Source: Anaerobutyricum sp.
Lineage (GTDB): Bacteria; Bacillota; Clostridia; Lachnospirales; Lachnospiraceae
Assembly (NCBI GenBank): GCA_963638365.1
Contig: CAVHRK010000025.1
Location: 30,705-94,704, forward strand
Direction of reading: 5' to 3'
DNA: 64,000 bases
Shown in pieces: positions 1 to 8,795 of this stretch. The translations under genes were made by a program, and so were the position numbers. Each line of letters starts with the position of its first letter. Within the stretch, counting starts at the first letter, position 1. Under the pieces are notes generated by a model. The model saw only the letters and a list, made by a program, of their open reading frames with translations, searched no databases and was not told the origin of the DNA.

Positions 1-1049
1 TTCTCGGAGTTTTCCATAACAACATACTCTGCTGCTAACGGATCAATTCCGTAAATATACTCGGAATAGTTTGCTGCCGTGCTCTTGCCGTTGTTGAAGT
101 AAATGAGGGATCCCGAGCCGTTCGGCACCAGCATGTAGCCGTCCTCATCGGTTCCTGCGCTTCCTAAGTAACGCAGCATCTGGATACGGAAGATCGTACC
201 GCCTCCGTTTTCCTCGACTCCCTTCATGGGGATGGATACTTCCACGCCATCCTCACTAAGCCGGTACTCCAACGGAATCAGGAAGGAAATCGGCATAACA
301 CCTTCCACTCCGGAGTTTTCCATTTCACGCATATAATCGGCTGTGGTAAAGCCTGCATTTTCAAAGTACTTATTCAGCTTACGAAGCTGGGATTTTCCTT
401 TTACCGTGGATTCGAGCATTTCCATGTAGCCGTCTGCTACCGTGCTTTCCACGAATTTCTTTCCTACGAACTTCGCTTCATCTGCGGGAAGCTGATCCAT
501 CACCTGCTGCAGAGTCTCTGCACTGATGTACTGCGGCACAATACCGGTCGCACTCGAAAGATCTCCGATGGTATAAAGGAAACGGACTCCGTTGTCAATC
601 TTTTCTACGGAAAGCTGCTCTTTTGCTACGCAATAGCTGTAGGAATCGTAGGTTCCCTGTGTTCTTGAGGTATTAAAGTAATCCACAATCAACTGGGATT
701 TCATATAGTTTAGGTTCGTCTCATTGGCAATGCTGTCTTCTTCGGCATTTACGGGATTGGAGTAAACCGTTTCCCCGTTACGCTTGTCATAGAAAGCAAC
801 TTCACCGTCTGTTTCATTGATGTACAGCTTCAGATTATTGTTCTCGGCAGCCAGTACCATGCCATCCACATCACTGCTGCTTTCCTTGATGGGCGTAAAC
901 TCACTGCCCTCTTCATAATCATAGGAGCTGACGTAATCCTCGTACTTGTTATAAGAATAAAAATGTACAAAGAAGTAAACAACCCAGATCACAACGATAA
1001 GAAGGATGAGACCTAAAATGCCGTACAATAATTTTTTACTTTTCTGCAT
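1..1049 (-). CDS. Membrane-anchored extracellular protein, 3'-truncated by the window edge (first 349 codons visible); DUF5696-like by recollection only
   Basis: Absent from the ORF track because its stop lies outside the window. Hand translation from the ATG (revcomp of 1047-1049) gives MQKSKKLLYGILGLILLIVVIWVVYFFVHFYSYNKYEDYVSSYDYEEGSEF.. and I saw no in-frame stop down to position 1. A GGAGGGGGAG Shine-Dalgarno sits just upstream. There is one N-terminal hydrophobic helix. The gene starts 12 nt after the Yip1-like gene stop. Confidence 0.6.
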   Translation of the reverse strand, partial: MQKSKKLLYGILGLILLIVVIWVVYFFVHFYSYNKYEDYVSSYDYEEGSEFTPIKESSSDVDGMVLAAENNNLKLYINETDGEVAFYDKRNGETVYSNPVNAEEDSIANETNLNYMKSQLIVDYFNTSRTQGTYDSYSYCVAKEQLSVEKIDNGVRFLYTIGDLSSATGIVPQYISAETLQQVMDQLPADEAKFVGKKFVESTVADGYMEMLESTVKGKSQLRKLNKYFENAGFTTADYMREMENSGVEGVMPISFLIPLEYRLSEDGVEVSIPMKGVEENGGGTIFRIQMLRYLGSAGTDEDGYMLVPNGSGSLIYFNNGKSTAANYSEYIYGIDPLAAEYVVMENSE

Positions 1050-1061
1050 GTTCTCCCCCTC

Positions 1062-1694
1062 CTAGACTCTGTAAATCAGTTCCTGATAGATGCTGTAGAA
1101 GAAGTTGTATACCTGGCTGATGAGGTCTGCGAACAACAGCACTACGAAAATGATAATAAACATCGCAACAAATGTCAGGAATATGGTGATCAGTGTTTTA
1201 CCCAACGTGTAATTATGTACCTGCATGATTCCGATCAGAATCATGAATAAGCCATAGGCAATTCCGATTCCCAGAATCATGAAGTAAAATGCTTCTTCAT
1301 TCTGTGCCACAGCCTGGCTGACTATGGTTGCCAGATTGTAACCAAAAATCAGAGGAATCATGGCATAACCAACCGCTATGGAAATATCCTTAAGCCGCCC
1401 CTCTCCTTCCATCAGACAGGTGATGGACCAGTTGGAAATACAGAACAGGAGGTAAAGCAATAAGACCGCTACCAGTTCCGTTAATGCACTGACATCGAGC
1501 GGATCCACGTCATTCACAATGAAGCTTGCCTGAATCCGGTTGATGGAAAAGCTTAGGGAAAACAGGATGACCAGTAAAATGGCGATCGGAACGCTTCCCC
1601 GTTCCCTGTGGCGGATTTCATAATATCCGTCCGAAGGATGACTTACGGTATAGAACGCATATTTCCATTTGTCCTTGGAGAATAACTGTTTCAT
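1062..1694 (-). CDS. Yip1-domain-like polytopic membrane protein (210 aa)
   Basis: ORF track. About five hydrophobic helices, e.g. VPIAILLVILFSLSF, LVAVLLLYLLFCISNW, FYFMILGIGIAYGLFMILIGIM, LITIFLTFVAMFIIIFVVLLFA. Its ATG shares one base with the stop of the upstream NHL/TPR gene (TGATG). The family assignment is recalled, not searched. Confidence 0.7.
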   Translation of the reverse strand: MKQLFSKDKWKYAFYTVSHPSDGYYEIRHRERGSVPIAILLVILFSLSFSINRIQASFIVNDVDPLDVSALTELVAVLLLYLLFCISNWSITCLMEGEGRLKDISIAVGYAMIPLIFGYNLATIVSQAVAQNEEAFYFMILGIGIAYGLFMILIGIMQVHNYTLGKTLITIFLTFVAMFIIIFVVLLFADLISQVYNFFYSIYQELIYRV

Positions 1695-3196
1695 CAGGTA
1701 AGCCCTCCTTCCTGTTTTGCTTTCTTCTGTGCCCGGTAGGCTTTGATTTTCTTTTTCAGGAAATATTTATAAACAATTCCGAATACAACGAGTATTCCGA
1801 GAATGGTCATAAACACATTCATGTTCTCGGTAAGGATCTCATTCCGGTAACGCTTCCATGCCACGGAATAATATTTCCGGTTCATACCAAGCTCTAAGTA
1901 TTTCATCGCGGTTTTATTCTCGCCTGCGGTCAGGTAAGCCTTGCCGATACCGCTGTTTGCAAGCTCATTGTTCTCATCGAGTTTTAATACCTGTTGCCAG
2001 ATGTCAATCGCCTGTGTTTCATCTCCGTCGTATCGTAAGCCCACGGCTTCATTGATGAGGCTTCCGTACTTCGTTGCAGAAAACTTCATGATCGCTCCGT
2101 AATAGGAATCGAGAACAATCAGCTCATCATCCACCATTTCAATGGCAACCGGTGTTGTGAAGGTTCCCTCCTGTGTTCCAAGTCCTCCGAAGATATACAG
2201 AAGATTTCCTTCCTTATCGTAGGTAAAGACTCTGCCACGCTTACGGTCTAACAGGGAATAAATTCCCTTATCCCGGTAAACCACATCGGTAATTTCACTG
2301 GGTCCTCCATATTTTCCATTCGAGATCACCCAGAGGTCACCGCCGACATTTTCGTTTTCACCCTTCTGGATGACATCCTTACCCTGGGGATTCAGTCTTC
2401 TTACGGCCTGCGTTCCTTCCGAGTCAATGTTGGTTGCGTAGATGAATCCGCCCGGATCCACATCCATACCGGTAAACTCGGTCGGAATGTAAAGCTGCTG
2501 TTTGGAACGCTCTTCCTTGGTTGCGATCTTTCTCCAGAATTTTTCCCAGAGTGTAATCTTAACTTCGATTGTTCCGTAATATCCGGTAAAGCTTCCATCG
2601 CTTTCGAAAAGAAGAATTCCTTCGAATGCATTCCTGGAAATAACGTAAACACGGTCTGCGTAATCCACCGTTACCTTAATCGGGATAAAATCAAATCCTT
2701 CTTCCAGAATTTCGGACTGCGGATTATCAATGATCTTGATAAACTCTCCTTCCGGAGTAAGAACTACGATTCTCTTGTGCATGGAATCTGCTACATAAAG
2801 CGCTCCGCTTTCGGAAACACATACACCGTAAGGCTGGTCGAAACCGTCCTCCTTTCCATCATTGGAAAAGTGGTCAATGATCCGGACGGTCTGTGTCATT
2901 TCGTGATTCAGGACAACGATCCGGTTGTTCTTCGTATCTGCCACATACACCTCTCCATCGGGTGCCACGCACAAATCCTGCGGCTCCACGAAATTCGTGG
3001 TTCCCACATTCTGTCCGGTCACGGAACCGTTCGGGACATAGGCTGCCGGTGTCTCAACGACATATTCACGGTAATTGTAATTATAGGTATCATACGGAAG
3101 TTCATCCGCATAAGCATTCACGGAAACTCCGGTTGCTGCTACCACTACTGCACCAAGGAGAGCGGCTGTTCTTTTTATGATTGTTGTTTTCTTCAT
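1694..3196 (-). CDS. Secreted NHL-repeat beta-propeller protein with TPR-like segment and C-terminal membrane anchor (500 aa)
   Basis: N-terminal signal peptide (..VSVNAYA/DE). Repeated NHL-like units: PQDLCVAPDGEVYVADTKNNRIVVL, PYGVCVSESGALYVADSMHKRIVVL, VDYADRVYVISRN, PVAIEMVDDELIVLDS. A TPR-like stretch (AIDIWQQVLKLDENNELANSGIGKAYLTAGENKTAMKYLELG) follows, then a C-terminal helix VFMTILGILVVFGIVYKYF and a Lys-rich tail. Confidence 0.75.
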   Translation of the reverse strand: MKKTTIIKRTAALLGAVVVAATGVSVNAYADELPYDTYNYNYREYVVETPAAYVPNGSVTGQNVGTTNFVEPQDLCVAPDGEVYVADTKNNRIVVLNHEMTQTVRIIDHFSNDGKEDGFDQPYGVCVSESGALYVADSMHKRIVVLTPEGEFIKIIDNPQSEILEEGFDFIPIKVTVDYADRVYVISRNAFEGILLFESDGSFTGYYGTIEVKITLWEKFWRKIATKEERSKQQLYIPTEFTGMDVDPGGFIYATNIDSEGTQAVRRLNPQGKDVIQKGENENVGGDLWVISNGKYGGPSEITDVVYRDKGIYSLLDRKRGRVFTYDKEGNLLYIFGGLGTQEGTFTTPVAIEMVDDELIVLDSYYGAIMKFSATKYGSLINEAVGLRYDGDETQAIDIWQQVLKLDENNELANSGIGKAYLTAGENKTAMKYLELGMNRKYYSVAWKRYRNEILTENMNVFMTILGILVVFGIVYKYFLKKKIKAYRAQKKAKQEGGLT

Positions 3197-3212
3197 CTCG
3201 CCCCTCCTTACA

Positions 3213-4106
3213 TCAGTCTTTCATACCGGACGTTGTCATGGTTTCAAGGACATTACTCTGACACGCCAGGAAGAAGATAATCGGTACTGCCGCCACAACA
3301 AAGGTAACGGCCGCTGCTGCACCGGCTCTCGCCGTACCGCCTGCTGCGATCTGCTGCAGTGCAAACTGTAACGGCTTTAACTGCTCATCACGCAAAAACA
3401 TGCTTCCGGTATTGCCCCACATCTGCTGGAACTGGAAGATGGCCAGTGTCAGCCATGCAGGCTTTACATTCGGCATAACAATCTTCCAGAATACCTGATA
3501 TTCGGAAGCGCCATCGAGTCTCGCCGATTCCATAAGGGAGGTCGGAAGCTGCTCCATAAACTGCTTCATCAGATAAAGTCCCATACCATAGGAGCACGCA
3601 GGGAGGATCAATGCCAGATAATTGTTATTGATGCCGAGCCAGCTGATAATCATATAGTTCGGAATCTGGGTAACCGTCCAGGAAAACATCATGGATAAGA
3701 CAACCATGTTAAACAAAAGCTTCTTTCCCGGAAACTCATGCTTGGCAAGCGGATAAGCGGCCAGGGATGCTAAAATGACATGCCCCACGGTTCCGAATCC
3801 GGTAATGATAATCGTGTTTAAGATATATCTGGAAAACGGCACCCAGGAATCACTCATAATTGAGAACAGATCCGTAAAGTTTTCCAGTGTAGGGTTCCTC
3901 ACGAAAATCTTCGGTGGGAACTGATAAATTTCATCGAGCGGTTTTAAGCAGTTATTGATAATCATGACAAGCGGCAGTGCCATAAACACACCACAGATTG
4001 CCATCACAAAGAATAACAGGCTGTTTCCCGCCATGGAACGGTTTAATTTCTTCTGTCTGGGTTTGAAGAATCGATACTTTTTCTTTTTCATATAATCTTT
4101 TGCCAT
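3213..4106 (-). CDS. Carbohydrate ABC transporter permease (MalG/LplC-like)
   Basis: Six hydrophobic segments and an EAA-loop motif (ESARLDGASEYQVFWKIVMP). Abuts the preceding permease gene with 0-nt spacing. Confidence 0.9.
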   Translation of the reverse strand: MAKDYMKKKKYRFFKPRQKKLNRSMAGNSLLFFVMAICGVFMALPLVMIINNCLKPLDEIYQFPPKIFVRNPTLENFTDLFSIMSDSWVPFSRYILNTIIITGFGTVGHVILASLAAYPLAKHEFPGKKLLFNMVVLSMMFSWTVTQIPNYMIISWLGINNNYLALILPACSYGMGLYLMKQFMEQLPTSLMESARLDGASEYQVFWKIVMPNVKPAWLTLAIFQFQQMWGNTGSMFLRDEQLKPLQFALQQIAAGGTARAGAAAAVTFVVAAVPIIFFLACQSNVLETMTTSGMKD

Positions 4107-5036
4107 CTATTCTCCCACCCTTCCTAATAATTTCTGAACCAGTTTATTGGTACCAACCATGAGCAGGAAAAGAACCGTTGCAATCGCGGATGCATAACCC
4201 ATATCGAATCGGGTTGAGCCATAATCCAGAAGGTGGGTTACCACGGTTGCACCTGCATAGTTTACGGAAGGATTACCGGCAAGCTGTATGGAAATATCCG
4301 CTACCGCAAAGGACTGGGTAATCTGCATAACCGCACCGAACATCAACTGCGGTTTCATGGCCGGAAGTGTGACATACCACAATTCCTGCCAGCGGTTCTT
4401 GACGCCGTCCAGCGCAGCGGCTTCATAAAGGCTCTTATCTACCGTCTGTAAACCTGCGATAAAGGAAAGGAAACCGGTACCTAAGGAGAGCCACAACTGA
4501 ACCACGATCAGACAGGGAAGGATGTACTTGGCATCCTGCATCCACAGCTTCTGCTCGTTGATGATTCCCCATTTTAAGAGAATACCGTTTAAGTAACCGT
4601 AACGGTCACCGGATAAAATGAGGCTCCATACCATGTAGGCATTACCACAGATGGACGGTGCATAAAAGATCAGGGTAAGCACCGTACGGATCTTGCTGGA
4701 AAACTCATTGATGATCCAGGCAAATAACAGACAGAGCAGGTAGCTGATCGGTCCGGTTACTACTGCAAAGATCAGGGTGTTCTTTAAGGAAATCAGGAAA
4801 ATATCATCCTCCAAAAACAGCTTGATGTAATTGTTCCAGCCGTTAAAGGTCGGCCACTCCAGCATGTTAAAGTAGGTAAAGCTCAAACAGATGGAGGTCA
4901 GTACCGGCAGAACCGTAAAAAGAAAAAACAAAATAAAATAAGGTGCCAGCATAATGTAGCATGCTTTATTCTTTTTTATCTGGTAGCGGAGCGTTCCCTG
5001 CTTCTTTGCTACCGCCAAAGCTTCACTTGACGCCAT
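4107..5036 (-). CDS. Carbohydrate ABC transporter permease (MalF/LplB-like)
   Basis: Polytopic, with EAA-loop motif EAAALDGVKNRWQELWYVTLP. Its start abuts the stop of the 1004-aa binding-protein gene. Confidence 0.9.
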   Translation of the reverse strand: MASSEALAVAKKQGTLRYQIKKNKACYIMLAPYFILFFLFTVLPVLTSICLSFTYFNMLEWPTFNGWNNYIKLFLEDDIFLISLKNTLIFAVVTGPISYLLCLLFAWIINEFSSKIRTVLTLIFYAPSICGNAYMVWSLILSGDRYGYLNGILLKWGIINEQKLWMQDAKYILPCLIVVQLWLSLGTGFLSFIAGLQTVDKSLYEAAALDGVKNRWQELWYVTLPAMKPQLMFGAVMQITQSFAVADISIQLAGNPSVNYAGATVVTHLLDYGSTRFDMGYASAIATVLFLLMVGTNKLVQKLLGRVGE

Positions 5037-8000
5037 TTATTTGCCCTCCTTCTGCAGATCTTCCAAGGTCGCAAGACCAAATTCTTTTCGTTTATAGGTA
5101 ATCTCATCATTGATGTAAAGTACCTTATCCATCAGCTCTTCTCTCGGTGATGCGGTATCGGTATCCGTCGTTACCGTGTAGAATGCGTTGTTTACATTAC
5201 GCCAGGAATAATAACCACCCGGTACCTGCGGAATGCCCTTTACCCAGGTAAAGGCTTCGGACAGTGCTTCGTAGGTATCCACCGGCCACGGCATGTTCTC
5301 AAAGGCTTCCTGATTGGCGGTTGCCACTCTGGCCGCGGATCCCATCAGGGATTCCATTTCCCGGTCAAATAAGGTCTGTACCTCTGCGGAGGTCCACCAT
5401 TTCAAGAACTCCCAGCAGGCATCCTTTTCTTCCGTATCTGCCATGATCATGCTGGCAAGTCCGGTACATCCAACCGAATGATCCACGGTTCCGTCTTCCT
5501 TTACGGTTCCGGGAACTACGGTGAAGTCCCAGAGTCCTGCAATATCCGGAGCGGAAACCTCCAAATTGTTATACGTTGTATAATCGGCAATGATGATCGG
5601 GCACTCACCGGTACGGAAACGCTCTTCCACGCTCGTCGTCTTATCCAGACCGTAATCGGTGTAGTACTCACAGTATTCCTTAAAGGTATTGACTGCAATG
5701 TCCGAATCCAGTGCGGAGGAAATTCCTCCCTCGTTGTAATACTCTCCACCGTTCTGGTAAAGCAGCATCGCGTAAACCTGTTCGGTCGGCAGCATACCAA
5801 ATTCCATCTGATTCTTGGCAAGCACGGACATCGTGACCTTTACTTCATCCCAGGTCTGTGGGATCTCCATGCCAAGCTCTGCTAAAATATCTTTCCGGTA
5901 GAACATCACCGGGAAGGTCTGTGTTTCCGGAAGTGCATAGACCGAACCGTCAAATCCAAATGCGGTCAGTGCACTGTCATAGAATCGCTCGGAAACGCTA
6001 TCAAAATCCTCAAACTGCGTCAGATCCAGTACTGCATTACGAAGTCCGTAGTTCACCGGCGTATCGTTACCGGTATTCAAAACCGCTCCGGCAATACCGT
6101 TGGTATTTGCAACCTGGATTGCCACATCCGGCCCTTCTCCTGCCAGTTCTGCACGAAGCAGGGTGTTCATATCGACAAGCTGTACATTCACATTAATGCC
6201 ATACACACTGGTAAAGGACTCATCGATCAGAGACCGGATAACATTCGCCTGATCCCGTCCGGTTCCAACCCAGAGTGTAATGGTCGTTGCATCACTCTCT
6301 TCGGAATCCGTTGCTCCTAACGAGTTATAGTCAATAATGAAGGAATAGAACAATCTGCGGATTTCATATACAAATTTATCCCAGAAGGAATTGTGTTCGA
6401 TCTTATTTTCCTTACCAGGTGAATACACCTGAATCCGGTCGATCTGTAATGGCTGTTGGATCACCTGTGTAATCCAGGTACCGCAGGCACGTACATTCTG
6501 CTTATAGGTGGATACGACCTTTACAAAACGTTCTTCATCGGCAATCAGATAATCGAGCTGATCCCTCATGGTGATCAGTACAGTTTCCTTATCGGAGGTC
6601 CGTCCGGAAGCTGCCCGGAGATCCAGGATCGCCTGATCGAGCTGATCCCTTACGGCCGTCATTTCTGCACTCAGTCCGGGAAGTGAGCTTTCAATCTGGT
6701 AGTCACGGTAGGTATCGGGTGATACACCGGTGATACGGATGACCTTACGGTAAATGGCATTCAACTGGGAAACACAATCCTGTACGCTGGAAATAACTTC
6801 GGAGAAATCACCAAGTACCACTTCCATTCGTAAAGTATGGGTTCCCTTTTCCAGATAAAAGTCATAGGGGTTTCCGTCCGCATCGGAGAGTACATCGCAT
6901 CTCCACTGGGAATCGTAGGTAAACCCGTAATCTTCCATTTCTTTAAAAGGAACTTCCCCATCAATCGTAATCTTTCGTGATACATAAATACCACGCATGA
7001 AGTTCTGTTTATCAAACAGGGAAATATTGACGTAACCGCTTTCCGGCACTTCAAATTCCCATTCCATCCACTGTCCTGCATCCGACCAGCTCTCTCCGCC
7101 GATCGTGTTGTTCAGAAGTTCCTTCGCGCTTGCCGGATAAACCGCCGGCGAAGACTGATCCTGCTTGGGATAAAGCATCTGGGAAGAGGTCTTCGTCACA
7201 TTCTCTGCCTGAATGGTAAGGTTCACATCAGTCGTTGCCTTAACCCCTTCTGCTTCCCACTGTTTCTTTACTTCTTCGTAGGGCTTCACTTCCTCTGAAT
7301 TCTTAAGATATAACTTATGAATCAGCATCGGCTCTCTCTGGGAGTTCATGGAAATCGTATGCGTGCCCTTCGTGAAATACACACATAACGGTGTGGTGAT
7401 GTAACCATTGCTGTCATACAGGCTTGCGGTTACCCATTCCGGAATTTCCACGGAAGTCGGCTTCATGTCATTATTCTGATTGTCCTTCCTCCAGGCGATG
7501 TCATATACTCCGTTTGCGAAACTCTCCTGCGCCACATCGGTAGACCAGACTCTCGAAAACTCAATCAGGGAAAGCTCTCCATAAGGGAGTTCTCCATCAA
7601 TAAAGAAGCTTCTCTGAATTTCGGAATTCTTACCTTCTACCGGATAATATTCAACCTGAAGTTCATACATGCCTTCTGCCGGAACATCCACTTCAAATTC
7701 AATATAGCCGTTTTCACTGGTCAGCACACTGTCTCCCGGCATTCCTTCATAATCGGAATAAATCTCCGGTGTCTTTTCACGGTCGCCTTCCATATAACTG
7801 ATGTAATCCGAAGCATTGATCTCAATCGTATCCTTCGGATAAGCAGCTCCTGCATGCTCATTCAGATACTCCATGAAACCGGGGATTTCATCGGCTACAG
7901 AATATGTACTGACAATTTCACGCGCTTCCTGTTGTGTTAAAGATGCTTCTGCTGCAGAAACATTCAGACTGCCAAGCTGCAGCGACGTTGCAATCTCCGC

Positions 8001-8051
8001 CACTGTAATCAGCAGCGCGATGCATTTTTTCTTAGTTGCTCGAAATTTCAT
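5037..8051 (-). CDS. Giant extracellular solute-binding protein (1004 aa): signal peptide, two tandem beta-sandwich/CBM-like modules, helical linker, C-terminal ABC sugar-binding domain
   Basis: Signal peptide ending ..LNVSA/AEA, with no lipobox Cys. There is an internal duplication: GYIEFEVDVPAEGMYELQVEYY..RSFFIDGELPYGEL..FTKGTHTISM versus QWMEWEFEVPESGYVNISLF..RKITIDGEVPFKEM..LEKGTHTLRM. From about residue 590 the C-terminal part has the typical family-1 SBP character (ITLWVGTGRDQ.., ..LPETQTFPVMFYRKD..). Confidence 0.85.
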   Translation of the reverse strand: MKFRATKKKCIALLITVAEIATSLQLGSLNVSAAEASLTQQEAREIVSTYSVADEIPGFMEYLNEHAGAAYPKDTIEINASDYISYMEGDREKTPEIYSDYEGMPGDSVLTSENGYIEFEVDVPAEGMYELQVEYYPVEGKNSEIQRSFFIDGELPYGELSLIEFSRVWSTDVAQESFANGVYDIAWRKDNQNNDMKPTSVEIPEWVTASLYDSNGYITTPLCVYFTKGTHTISMNSQREPMLIHKLYLKNSEEVKPYEEVKKQWEAEGVKATTDVNLTIQAENVTKTSSQMLYPKQDQSSPAVYPASAKELLNNTIGGESWSDAGQWMEWEFEVPESGYVNISLFDKQNFMRGIYVSRKITIDGEVPFKEMEDYGFTYDSQWRCDVLSDADGNPYDFYLEKGTHTLRMEVVLGDFSEVISSVQDCVSQLNAIYRKVIRITGVSPDTYRDYQIESSLPGLSAEMTAVRDQLDQAILDLRAASGRTSDKETVLITMRDQLDYLIADEERFVKVVSTYKQNVRACGTWITQVIQQPLQIDRIQVYSPGKENKIEHNSFWDKFVYEIRRLFYSFIIDYNSLGATDSEESDATTITLWVGTGRDQANVIRSLIDESFTSVYGINVNVQLVDMNTLLRAELAGEGPDVAIQVANTNGIAGAVLNTGNDTPVNYGLRNAVLDLTQFEDFDSVSERFYDSALTAFGFDGSVYALPETQTFPVMFYRKDILAELGMEIPQTWDEVKVTMSVLAKNQMEFGMLPTEQVYAMLLYQNGGEYYNEGGISSALDSDIAVNTFKEYCEYYTDYGLDKTTSVEERFRTGECPIIIADYTTYNNLEVSAPDIAGLWDFTVVPGTVKEDGTVDHSVGCTGLASMIMADTEEKDACWEFLKWWTSAEVQTLFDREMESLMGSAARVATANQEAFENMPWPVDTYEALSEAFTWVKGIPQVPGGYYSWRNVNNAFYTVTTDTDTASPREELMDKVLYINDEITYKRKEFGLATLEDLQKEGK

Positions 8052-8090
8052 ACCCTCTCATTACCTCCATGCATTAATGGGAATCTCTCG

Positions 8091-8795
8091 TTACTCATAG
8101 TACCATGCATCTTCACCCGGAGCGGGTGCAGGCATATATTTCCGAAGTGCTTTTTCCATCAGGAATGTGCTGGCGAAGCAAAATGCTCCCGGCCAGATAA
8201 AAATCATTGGGATTGGCAGGTAACGGAACCAGACAAACACAAGTAGTAAAAGTCCTGCCAGCAATATGGCTGTATACGGCAGGAACCGTACCGCCATAAC
8301 AAAAGAAAGCTTTACCATGGAAGAGATCTTCATGGTAAACCGTGACATCACGGGAAAGAGATAAATCAGAATGGCCCCTGTTATTACCAGAAGGCCTATG
8401 TAAAACTTCTGTAAGAATAACCCTGTCTCCTCCCCCGAAACTGCAGCTATATTCCACAAATACCAGATCAGTGAAATCCAGATCCCTGCCCCGACCGTAA
8501 TAAGGCTTCCTTTTACAAAGGTCCTTTTAAAGGAGGCCCAGTATTCCAGAAGCGGATAGCTCCGGTCCCTTCGTATGCTTTTCATCATCGCATAATAAAA
8601 CGAAGTGACGGCTGCGCCAATGGTAAACACCGGCAGACAGGAAATCAGAAATACAATATTTAAGATAATCACCCAGCCGGCCTTCGTCATGTAATACATC
8701 AATGGACTCTCCGGTGCAAACGGCTTAGGTTTCTTTTTGATTTTATAGGGATCGTTTTCTTCCTTGCGGCGGTCCCTTTTCTCTTCGTGCATCAT
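8091..8795 (-). CDS. DUF624/YesL-like integral membrane protein
   Basis: The pattern ..AGWVIILNIVFLISCLPVFTIGAAVTSFYYAMMKSIRRD.. is typical of YesL-type proteins found in Firmicute sugar ABC loci. Family name recalled, not searched. Confidence 0.7.
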   Translation of the reverse strand: MMHEEKRDRRKEENDPYKIKKKPKPFAPESPLMYYMTKAGWVIILNIVFLISCLPVFTIGAAVTSFYYAMMKSIRRDRSYPLLEYWASFKRTFVKGSLITVGAGIWISLIWYLWNIAAVSGEETGLFLQKFYIGLLVITGAILIYLFPVMSRFTMKISSMVKLSFVMAVRFLPYTAILLAGLLLLVFVWFRYLPIPMIFIWPGAFCFASTFLMEKALRKYMPAPAPGEDAWYYE

